Assembly (NCBI GenBank): GCA_951406725.2
Contig: OX597822.1
Coordinates: 79,794,001 to 79,858,000, forward strand
Length of the DNA stretch: 64,000 nt
Origin: Octopus vulgaris
Taxonomy: Eukaryota
Reading direction: 5' to 3'
Part shown: piece after piece, positions 53,042 through 64,000 of the stretch
Layout: each line of letters starts with the position of its first letter
Position numbering within the stretch: position 1 is the stretch's first letter
The notes under the pieces: generated by a model
What the model was told of the DNA's origin: nothing
What the model saw: the letters and a program-made list of their open reading frames with translations, nothing else
Database searches by the model: none
Program-made: the position numbers and the translations under genes

Positions 53042-53667
53042 GTAAGTTATAACTTATGTGCGTCCCTTTCTCGGCCTGTCTGTTCCTCTCTCTCCCTCCC
53101 CCCTCTCTTGTACATGTGAGTGTAGACTTAGGGCTAAGTTGCCGTAGAGTCTGTTTGCTGCTCTGGTGATTCCCTATTGCTTACTTTGCTGTTACATATT
53201 GAGGAAGCACGAACCACACAACTCCAAATTCAGCCCGATTCCAGATTAACTGTTTTAATTCAAAGCAAAACAAAAAATTACTTTTTTTTATCAGCACAAA
53301 GACGCTATAATGGATGGGTGTCGCATTTTACTTAATTATTTGCCTCAGTTAATCAGCAACTTTTGTATTTTTCAATGACTCTTGAGATAAGTATGAACTG
53401 GATAAATTTTTGCTCCATGCACAGGACCAGTTATTTTCTGCAAGTTGGAATCAATGTAGAACGGCTAGGTGGTATTATTTGGTGGATGTTATATAAGCAT
53501 TCACCACCTCCGCCTGACCATGCAGAAATAGTTTTCTCTGTGACCAATTCTGGGTGGGATTGGTCAATCTGCTCGTCACCTCGTCTCAGTTCTTCTCCGC
53601 CTTGAGATCCAGACCAAACCAAACCGCAAGCAAGTTAAGCAGCCTCTCCGACCAGCATGCTACGACG

Positions 53668-54530
53668 TTATTATTGAAAATGAAACTGGGATATCAGTTA
53701 AAGCGAAATCTCAAAGAACCAACCACCACCTTTTCATGGATGATTTGAAGCTTTAGAGAAAGGATGAGGCACAAGCGAATTCATTGGTGAACATGGTCCA
53801 CGGTTTTAGTGTTGATATTAAGATGGAGTTCGAACTCAAGAAGTGTGGTATAATTAACCTGAAATGAGACAGGTACAGTCCCTGGCAGGGATAGAATTAC
53901 CAAATAGAGGATTGATTAATCAAGTTGAAAAGGAAGATTATAAATACTTTGGTATTCTAGGAGACAGAACAACTGAGAAAAGAATATTTCCGAAAACTAA
54001 GATTTGTTTGGCGTTCAAAATTGACTGGTTGGGATAAAATTCAAGCAGTAAATACATGGGCGATAGTATTCCTTCTGTATGGAGCTGGGATCATAAACTG
54101 GCAAAAGAAAGAACTGATGAATAAGGATACGAAGACAAGGAAAATATTGACAATGCACGGAGCATTCCACCCGAGGAGTGTTACTTATAGGTTATACATG
54201 TCCAGAAGAAAGGGTGGTAGAGGTTTGATCAGTGGCCAGGATTGTATAGAAGCAGAGGAAAGCAGTGGTATATAAAAAAAATGCCATGAAACCATGACTG
54301 AAGCATGGGTATAAGTCCGGTACCATCAAAATTGATAATTGTATAAAGAAAAACTTAAAGAGAACTAAAAAAAGAGCTGTGGAGTGGAAGGAAAATATGT
54401 ACGGTCAGTTTACAAGAAATACGAAAGCCAAAAATGGATTGGTACAAATGTAAAGATAGAATACCTACAAAAATCATCATAGCTTGGAACTGCAACAGTT
54501 TTTCGCAGGATTCTTGAAGCATGATCAGTA
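53668..54530 (+). mobile_element. Heavily degraded R4/Dong-like RT fragment
   Basis: FMDDLKL, YKYFGIL, KIQAVNTWAI and MHGAFHPRS...RLYMSRRKGGRGL remnants. Confidence 0.75.
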
Positions 54531-54632
54531 AATAAGTGTCACCTTAGTCTGCTGGCTGTGAACAGCTGACACCTGCCACCACACCCAGTAAAATGAGCTG
54601 ACAGTTTTAATCAAATAATAATAATAATAATG

Positions 54633-54693
<61 letters not shown>

Positions 54694-54697
54694 TAAC

Positions 54698-54753
<56 letters not shown>

Positions 54754-54761
54754 TAATAATA

Positions 54762-55044
54762 AGAGGTAACCAGAATGTGGAATCTAAAAACAGAAACAAT
54801 TCCTATCATAATAGGTGCATTAGGCATGATAAAAAATATTCAGACAAATACATAACAAAAACACCAGGACTTACAAACACATATAACATACAGAAAATTG
54901 CACTACTAGGCACTGCACACATCCTACGCAGAACACTTTCCATACGGTAACCATCAGAGCATCACAACAAAACACAGCACATACCCAAGGCACACAGAGC
55001 TGCGCTCGGTAGTGAAGTGAAAGCAAGCTATAAAAAATATACTA

Positions 55045-55121
<77 letters not shown>

Positions 55122-55849
55122 GACCAAAGCCTCCCCACCAGAAATTACCAAAAACATGTAATGAAAAGAAATATAACAAGTAACTGCAGAATATGTGGAG
55201 ATAGACAAGAAACAATAAATCATATTATCTCTAGCTGCCCAGTCCTGGCTAAGAAGGAATATATTCACAGACATGACAGAGTTGGAACCTACATACATTG
55301 GAAGCTATGCCAACATTATGGAATAACAACAGAAAAAAGAAGGTATAGGCATACACCAGAAAAGGTCTCAGAAAACGAGAAAGCAACCATACTCTGGGAT
55401 ATGCCGATACACACAGATAGAGAAATTAAGGCCAACAGACCAGATATAGTTGTCAGTGATCATGAAGGAAAAAAATGCTTTCTAATTGATGTATCAATAC
55501 CGGCAGATGACAACGTGTCTCTAAAAGAAATGGAGAAACTCTCAAAATACAAAGACCTGGAAATAGAGGTAACCAGAATGTGGAATCTAAAAACAGAAAC
55601 AATTCCTATCATAGTAGGTGCATTAGGCATGATAAAAAAATATTCAGACAAATACAAAACAAAAACACTAGGACTTACAAACACATATAACATACAGAAA
55701 ATTGCACTACTTGGCACTGCACACATCCTACGCAGAACACTTTCCATACAATAACCATCAGAGCATCTCAACAAATCACAGCACATACCCAAGGCACACA
55801 GAGCTGCGCTCGGTAGTGAAGTGAAAGCACGCTATAAAAATAAAACTAG

Positions 55850-55851
<2 letters not shown>
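54762..55851 (+). mobile_element. Two head-to-tail 5'-truncated copies (54762-55047, 55119-55851) of a third R4/Dong-like family in (TAA)n
   Basis: CRIC...ETINHIISSC, RHD, RPDIVV and KLSKY motifs. Matching 3' UTRs (...GAGCTGCGCTCGGTAGTGAAGTGAAAGCA...) each followed by (AAT)n. Confidence 0.9.
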
Positions 55852-55923
<72 letters not shown>

Positions 55924-56149
55924 TTTTTGAAAAACAAGAACGCTTCTTCCAACAAAATAGAGAATTCAAAATAAACACAAAAGGTAATACAGTTCTATAT
56001 TTAAGAGATGAGGAATCATGCACATTATTTACATTTGACGGATCCAATCATACTGGAAAGCTATATGGGGCAAACCAAAACAACACAACAAAATTTCTCA
56101 GTGGATTAATTGAGAAAAGCAAAGGAAGAATATAAGAGAACCACAGATA

Positions 56150-56800
56150 TGGGCCACCATCACAGGCTAAGAGATCACGGACACAATGAGAAATACCTGC
56201 AACTGGAAAACTCCAGGGATAGATAAGGTCCCCAACTTCTGGTTGAAACACCTCATCATAACCACTTAGGGGCAGCATTCAATTTATTGATAAGTGAGAC
56301 AGAATCAACATCCTAATTCTCAAAAACAAAGACACCATACATCAGAAAATTATAGATCAATAACATGCCTATCAACATCCTACCGAACCCTAACATCAAT
56401 CGTCTATAACCGTCTTATAAAGCACCTAGAAAACAATAATGTCTTACCAGAAGAACAAAAAGGGTGCCGGAGAGGAGTGTATGGCTATAAGGAGAAACTT
56501 CTGGTAAACCAAGCCATTATAAAAGACTGTAAGAGGAAAAAGACAAACCTGAACATGACATGGATGGATTACCAGGAAGTATTCGACAGTGTTCCACACT
56601 CATGGATACAGAAATATCTCTACACAAATAAGGTAGCCCCCACCACTATTAAAATATATTAAACATGCAATAGCAAATTGGGAAACCAGTATAACATTGA
56701 AAAATGACTCACAAGTTATTAAAATCTACCCTATACCCATAAGAAGAGGGATTTTCCTGGGACACTCCCTGTCACCCCTGCTTTTCTGCCTTTCTCTGAC
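56150..56800 (+). mobile_element. Degraded R4/Dong-like RT N-terminal fragment
   Basis: NWKTPGIDK, NYRSITCL, EEQKGCRRG, WMDYQEVFDSVPHSW and RRGIFLGHSLSPLLFC remnants. Confidence 0.75.
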
Positions 56801-57040
56801 AGTTAACTGACTGCAGTTTCGAGGTAATTGCCTCTTGTTAACATACGCCAATATATATATATATATTATATATATTTTTACCTGTATATTTTTTGACTGC
56901 TATTTCTAAATTCGGTGTGTGGTGAGGGAAATCGTTGCTAAACCCTTAATTACTTAGTTTTACTTAAATCTTCCTTGAAGTAACTCTACTTGTTGAAATT
57001 AATGATTATTTCTAAATTAATTAATTTCACCCTTTATTAT

Positions 57041-57083
<43 letters not shown>

Positions 57084-57084
<1 letters not shown>

Positions 57085-58254
57085 TAGCAGAGTTACCCGG
57101 CGTTGCCCGAGTTACATACAATTGAAGAATTAGACTTTTCTGTTATATTTTCTGTAATGAACCTATGTTTCGAATTTCATCAAAATTGTATATGAGGGTT
57201 ATTTCCCCCTTTACACACCCTAAAAAATTGTAATCGTGCCACATGTATCCCATACTACTGATTTTTATGCGCATATTCCAAAATTCCAGTCTTATAGAAC
57301 CTTTTAAAAGGATTTTGCTCCTGAAAAATGGAGGTCATGGAGCTCTAAAATGTGAGAGTTAACGCCCCTATTGGGGGTGGGCATCTTAATGTTAACCAGA
57401 GAAGTTGAATTGTTGAGAACCTTTTTAACTTGGGTCTTATATCTATTGTTTCAATTTCTTTGAAATAGGAAATATATGTTCACTGGGTTTGTAAAAGAGA
57501 GCAAAGCTACAGGAAACCAAAAGACGAATGATCACAATAATCAGTCAGCTACAGTACCCTAGTCGTTACCACTCCCAATGTAGTATTCCTCACCATGCAG
57601 GTGACAGGTACAGCCGTAAGATGCATTACGAATCTATAGCAATTGGAAGGGCGTGACCCAACTGAAATAAACATTAACAAATGTGTCACGTGAGGGCTAA
57701 GGAGAAATGAAAGTTGGAGTGTGAAAATGACCACTATACTGATACGTAACTGGACAGAATAAATATACCATAAATGTCTTTGAATAACCAGACACTTATC
57801 TGGGAAGGCCTTGAAATCAATGTTACCATATGGGGACTATGTGTGAACCAGTGATAATAAAAAGACTGAAAGGAGATCTGCAATCAAATAGCTTTACTCA
57901 ACACTTTGCAACTGAATCAGTGGAGTCAAAGATGTCTCTCATTTACTTGACAATTTATGCAGCACATTGCAGAAATCACAATCTAAGTGTATGTCAAAGC
58001 AAACTCTTACACTGTTGTACCATTGAATTACAAATAATGCTCATCTTCTATGCTCGGATGACCCCACAGCTTCCAAGAGTACAACTATTCGTCTTTGCTT
58101 AGATAAAATGACAAAATTGTTGGTGTTAAGTCCCCATGAAGGGGTCTTTCTAACTTGTAAGAAGATGAAATGTGTGTGTGTATGTGTGTATGGGTGTATA
58201 TATGTATGCATGTAAATATGTGAATATATATGTGTACATATTACATGTAGATCT

Positions 58255-58305
<51 letters not shown>

Positions 58306-58992
58306 CACATATACATGTATACATATACATCCATATGTATAGAAATAAATGTATACATATACAGCTATACACACATACACACACACAGACAAATAAGGCG
58401 CAGGTGTGGCTGTGTGGTAACAATCTTCGTTCCAAAACACATGGTCCTGGGTTTAAATTTAAATTTAAAATAATAAGGGTGAGAAATTGAATATTAATTT
58501 GATTAATATGAATTGAAAACCAGTGGTGTAGCATATAAGGTCATAGCGGATCTTCTTCTAGCAAAATGGATGTCCACTGTTAATGGTTCATCCCTCTTAT
58601 ATAATAGTTTGACTTTAATAGTTTCAGTATTAAAGTGAAAGTATCTAACATTACAATAGAGAGATGTTTTTGTTTTACTTTTAATACTGAAATAGTGGAG
58701 AAGATATTGCTGTGGGCTCACCCTAGGCAAGAAGTTAGAAATTAGTAAGGCATGTGTAAAATTTGAATGAAATTGGTTGTGTAGTTCTCAAGTTTTAGGG
58801 ATTCATAGTGGAGAAGATATGATATTGCTGTGGGCTCGTCCTAGGCAAAAAGTAAAAAATGTGTTTTTGCCCATGACATTTCCTAGACCCTAAGTAAGGC
58901 ATGTGTAAAATTTGAATGAAATTGGTTGTGTAGTTCTCAAGTATTAGGGATTCACACAGACAGACAGAAAGACAGATAGACACACATCTCAG

Positions 58993-58995
<3 letters not shown>
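57084..58995 (-). mobile_element. Non-autonomous Helitron with nested SINE/microsatellite
   Basis: End ACTAGCAGAGTTACCCGGCGTTGCCCG at 57083 resembles the 30746 Helitron terminus. Duplicated subterminal block at 58690-58950. Both ends lie in (TA)n. Confidence 0.6.
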
Positions 58996-59032
<37 letters not shown>

Positions 59033-59439
59033 CCATTCCGAAATATAACAATATCTGTTTCAACACACGACTTCACATAAAAAATCTTGCACAACAAATA
59101 TTTAAACGTACTATATATATATTATTTTATATTTATCAAGTGCATATCTTTTACTTTTCTTTATATTTATACATATTGTTTATATTTACTTCTTAATTCT
59201 TATTCACACATCGTACTTTTTTTATTTTTAATATGTATATATATATGTATATTTTTACTTTTATATACATATTTATATTTATTGCATATCTTTTACTTTT
59301 TTATATTTATATATAATTCTTATTTACATTTGCAAATCACATATCGTACTTTTTTATGTATGAATGAACTACTCCGCGTCGGTTACCGTAGTGATATTTG
59401 ATCACTTTATAGAGTGTCTGAGTGCCAGTTTGGTGTCTG

Positions 59440-59960
59440 GAATGGGATAGCTTACTTCATGGGCAGGTAGAAGCCCTTTACCCTTGGTTGGTAATCTACC
59501 TAGGAGAAGGAAATCTCCGAAATAAAACCTGAGGCCTCCAGTATTGTGAAATCATCTTCTTGTAAGCCTGCCAAGATGGCCGCTGCTAACCAGGTTATGG
59601 ATATTTCTGGCGGCACATTCAGAATATTAATCTTGGCAAGACGTTGGCTGCGACAGCTGGGGATTAGGAAAAGTTGTCATTCCTCAAAGTGGTTGTGGAA
59701 CTACATCTAGCTTCTTCTTCCGTCCCAAATCTCACCTCAGTAGTTCCAAACTTTTTCCTCGGTTGATGTGGGTCTTTTATTACCAAATGCACCCAAGGCA
59801 TTTTTGTACTTCGCTTGTCGGGAGCATTTTCCACCTGCCGAGACTTGACTCCAATGCAACGGTATGTGACCGTGCATCTTGCGATATTTTGAGCTACCCT
59901 TCGCCTATCTCACAATTTTTCTTGCCAATTTCAATTCTTCTTCATCTATGTGGAAAATTT
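59440..59960 (-). mobile_element. Probable old RTE LINE 3' fragment
   Basis: Minus strand TTTCCTTCTCCTAGGTAGATTACCAACCAAGG resembles RTE 3' ends; coding signal is weak. Confidence 0.35.
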
Positions 59961-60074
59961 CCATATTTCTCGCCGCTCACGCAAATGACGCAGAGGCAAT
60001 ATTTGCGATTTTATGTTTAAGTATATGAATAATAAAGAACAAGACAACTAAATATTGATTTCTGTCTTTTGCAG

Positions 60075-60286
60075 AAACAGAATCGAAATACCAGCAATTA
60101 AGTGCACATTATGTGTTAATCATCCTCTTGTCCAGTGTTTTCTATGCCGCCATTTTACATCCACGCGACTGTTGGATGATATTTCTTGGTGTTTTCTACA
60201 TGTTTATGATTCCAACCATGCAAATTTTGCTTCCGGCTTACTCCCTCAGCAACATTGTTGATCAAAGCTGGGGGACAAGGGATGGC
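60075..60286 (+). CDS. CHS: Chitin synthase exon 11 (AAILHPRD...IPTMQILLPAYSLSNIVDQSWGTRDG)
   Basis: Acceptor ttttgcAG and donor GGC|gtgagt. LHP and SWGTR motifs. Confidence 0.95.
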
Positions 60287-60542
60287 GTGAGTATATTTAT
60301 TTCAAATCGTTTTAAACGTATTCGTAATGTTTTGAAAATTTCATCGTGAGAATTTCATCTTTTACTTGTTTCAATCGTTGATCTACGGCCATACTGGGGC
60401 ACCATAATGAAAGAGTTTTACGAGAACAGTTCCACGCTATTACTCAAGTTTGGTATTCAATCTATCTTAGCCGAACTGCTTTGTGGCGGGGACATAAAGA
60501 AACCAACATCAGCCGACAAGAGGTCGTAGGTACAAGTGAAAA

Positions 60543-60614
<72 letters not shown>

Positions 60615-60865
60615 GCGTAGCTTAGTAGTTAGTGAATCCTTGAGCAAGACACTTTATTTTACGTTGAGCCAGTCCATCCAACTGGCACAAATGAGTGGTA
60701 CCTGTTATTCAAAAATTTCAGCCTTGTCACATTCTGTAACATGCTAAATCTTCCTGAGAACTACATTAAGGGTGTACATTAAGGGAACTCCATGACTGTG
60801 GAGCACTCAAGCACTTCCATGTTAATTTCACAAGCAGGCTGTTCCGTCGATCGTGGTAACAAACG

Positions 60866-60925
60866 ATGTGCCAGTGTATTTTTCTCTCACTCGCTCTCTC
60901 CATTATATATATATATATATAAATA

Positions 60926-60961
<36 letters not shown>

Positions 60962-60982
60962 TGTATGTATATATATATATAC

Positions 60983-61031
<49 letters not shown>

Positions 61032-61107
61032 GGAAAGAGAGATAGAGAGAGAGAGAGAGAGTGAGAGAGAAATACACTGGCACATGGGTGGTGGTCGGAA
61101 TCCTTCC

Positions 61108-61150
<43 letters not shown>

Positions 61151-61176
61151 TGTGGAAGGATTCCGACCACCACCCA
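60866..61176. repeat. Two abutting inverted repeats centred on (TA)n microsatellites
   Basis: ATGTGCCAGTGTATTT.../...AAATACACTGGCACAT (60866-61085) and TGGGTGGTGGTCGGAATCCTTCCACAA.../...TTGTGGAAGGATTCCGACCACCACCCA (61085-61176). Confidence 0.85.
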
Positions 61177-61759
61177 AGTGATTAAGGTGAACTGAGTCAT
61201 TGTTATAAAACAAAGAACTGAGCGACTGGAGTTCGGGATTGGTAAGCAGTTCAATGTGAGCCGTCGATTGAGAGCGTTGGGTCTCGTGTATTAGAAATAG
61301 CAGCGTGTCGTGTAAATATTTCTTTCGCCAGCTTCGTTAAAATATATATCCAACACTCAAGGATATAGCACACACACACATGCGCGCGCGCACACACACA
61401 CATGCGCGCGCACACACACACACACACTTTATTCTTAAACAAGAATTTTTTTGACAAAGTTTCCACCACCTATGTCACTGTCGGACTATGATGCATTTTA
61501 ATTCTATTTTATTAAACTTTTGTTCCCATTTTCATACATGAATATATACACATTTTCTATATGATCCCCTGTTCAGCATGTCTCTGGAACAGAATTTAAA
61601 GAAGTTTTATAAACAAACAACTGGCGTTGAAGTGTGGTAAGAAGCTTCCGTGTTTAGTCTCACTATGTGGTACCATGGGCAAGTGTCTTCTTCTATAGTC
61701 TCAGGCCGATCAAATCCTTGTAGGTAAATTTGGTATACGAAAACTGAGAGAAGCCTGTC

Positions 61760-61796
<37 letters not shown>

Positions 61797-61797
<1 letters not shown>

Positions 61798-62000
61798 AAT
61801 CCAAACATGAAAACACAAAGAGAAAACGCGACAACGCGAGGACGTGGAACAAATATAGTATTATTGGACGCTCAAGAAGGAAGGGAAGAAGGAGGGTTTA
61901 ACGTTTCGAGCGGAGCTCTTCGTCGGAAACATAGGAGAAGGAAAGATCCCGAGAAGGGAAGACAGAGGAAAAAAAATCGCCAACGGTACACACGCGGTCA
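61797..62000 (-). mobile_element. Second copy of the ~190-nt hammerhead element (motif 61896-61930, core CCGACGA), in (TA)n
   Basis: Reverse complement matches 1035-1219: GTTT CCGACGA A GAGC TCC GCTC GAAAC GTT AAAC. Confidence 0.72.
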
Positions 62001-62428
62001 TATTTATATATATATATATACACGTCACTATTAGTGACGACTGAATTTTTCTTTTTTTGGTTTAGTATTACGTATAGCTGCCTACATTATTTTCTAATTT
62101 TCACATTAGCATTTCGCTAAGTAACCCATGAACTTATATAATAAATATTTATACTGATAGTCTGGATTTAGCCAAACCATTCAGCGATGGAGTAGACACT
62201 GCTAACGAGTCTTCAATTTTACAAATGAAACTAGTCTAGTCCAAAGATCTATCTTCGCTTATGGGGCGGTTATCTCCCCTCTCAGTGTATGAAAATGTGC
62301 TTCTCTGTAGTTCTAAGAGTTTTAACTTTTATTTCTAGCAATATAGGCGCTACCCAGCACCCTCAGCTGCAATTAATGACGGTTGAATATTTCCTTTTTG
62401 GTTTTATACAGATTATGGCTACCTACGT

Positions 62429-62526
<98 letters not shown>

Positions 62527-64000
62527 CGGGTTTCCACGAGTGTCTTCCAGCCAAGTTCACTCAGAAAGCTATTAACCGGTCCGGAGATGTTGATAGACAC
62601 TTGCCCAAGCGCAATGGGATTGAAATCGAAACCATGTGATTGCAAGGCGAGCCACGCAGCTATCCTTGTTTTAAGTATGTATTGTATCACAATAGCTTGA
62701 GTTATTGTAGCAGTGTATATAAGCGTATATATGTTGGTATTCATACACCTTCGTAGATATATGCTTCAGTGCGTTTGTGAGCGTTTAAGTATTTGTTTGT
62801 GCTTAGGTATGCATCGTTGGGAAAAAACGCGTAGCGACATGTAGCTTTTGTAGAAATATATTGGTGCGTTTGTCTTTATGCAAAAGGTTATGTGTCTATA
62901 GTTTGCGTATGGAGTTTTCTACCTGGTTGGTGCATGAGTTCCAGTACCTATTAATAAGTGACTTGAAATGCATTTTCGGTGACGTTTTTATCGGAGCATC
63001 GCCATTGCCACTACCACTGACCAACTAATATTAGTCAGACTCAAGAGAATGGCACACTGAATATTACATAATGTGACAATACAAACTGGTAGAGAGCCAT
63101 TTTGGCTCAGCCCTTTTGGCACCTCATCTTAGCCGTTAATGATTCAGCGTTGACTTATTTGACATCTAACAGTTTAATGCCTCTCTCCTTTTGTGAGCCT
63201 CTCATTAAGTTTACATGTATGTGTAATGTCTCTGTTACATAACCTCCCTCTCTCTTTTTCCCTCTCTTTCTGTATGTGAATATTTCTGCACGTGCATGAG
63301 TGCATAAGTCTGACTCCAGTAACGACAGTTTCTGTCACAAAAACAGGCTGATACTCCAGTCAGTCGTGGCAAATTGTCAGCGACAAACAACCGCGCCACT
63401 TGTCTCCTTTCGATTCAAAACAATGCATTTTGAGAATTGTTTTCTTTGGGCATCGAAGAATTGTGTTTCATAATTTCTAAGACTGTATAAATACAGCTGA
63501 TTGCTACCTTTACGCCTCTGATAATAAATATCTAGAGATGCAGATCAAACCACTGATAGATTCTATGTAGTCAAGCAACCTGCTAGAAATAGTAACCAAC
63601 ATCCCTACAGATTGCATCCTACCATTTTAAAAATGTAAGAAGGAAACGAAGGGAAAGTGTAAATGATGTTTATATTAAAGGACCCTTAACAGACTAAGAG
63701 GTCACGGCTGAAATACATTTGACTCTAGAACAGCTCATTTAAACCACGTAACACTTTGGGCAAGTATCTTCTACTTTTGTCCCAGACTGACCAATACCTT
63801 GTGAGTGAATTTGAAAGAAGGAAAATCATGAAACCTTGTTGTGTGTGTGTGTGTGTGTGTGTGTGTCCACCCCAACATCGGTAGACAACCGGTGTAGATT
63901 TGGTTACGTCCCTGTAGCTTAGTTGTGTGGCATAAGAGACGATAGTGTAAATGCTAACTTGTTCTGTTCGACAAAATCCTTCAAAAACGCCCCAGCATGG

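Noticed and set aside
60075-60080. Alternative in-frame acceptor 6 nt downstream (gcAG-aaacAG)
   Set aside because: Possible, but it changes only two residues and cannot be supported without transcripts.
60290-64000. Further chitin synthase exons after SWGTRDG
   Set aside because: No convincing phase-0 exon with CHS similarity was found; the remainder is presumed to lie beyond the window.

Overview
This is eukaryotic, AT-rich, microsatellite-dense animal DNA; the SINE/LINE repertoire points to an octopus (inference). The backbone is one + strand chitin synthase (GT2) gene. Eleven GT-AG exons between 6016 and 60286 splice in matching phases into a 1063-codon open frame with KKRWSQ, DxD, QMFEY, CPGCFSLYR, GEDRW, QRRRW and SWGTRD motifs; the 3' end lies beyond the window. 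The flank and introns hold a dead mariner with perfect 37-bp TIRs, a near-full RTE LINE, several R4/Dong-like RLE retrotransposons in (TAA)n tracts, a Rep-deleted Helitron plus non-autonomous Helitrons, a Penelope-like GIY-YIG remnant and many tRNA-derived SINEs. The least-explained signal is about ten minimal hammerhead-ribozyme motifs carried by short non-coding elements, mostly in (TA)n tracts. One is a 499-nt unit present as about 1.5 tandem copies plus an inverted copy that reads through the unit junction, the pattern expected of a circular-RNA 'retrozyme'-like element. All calls were made by eye, with no database searches.
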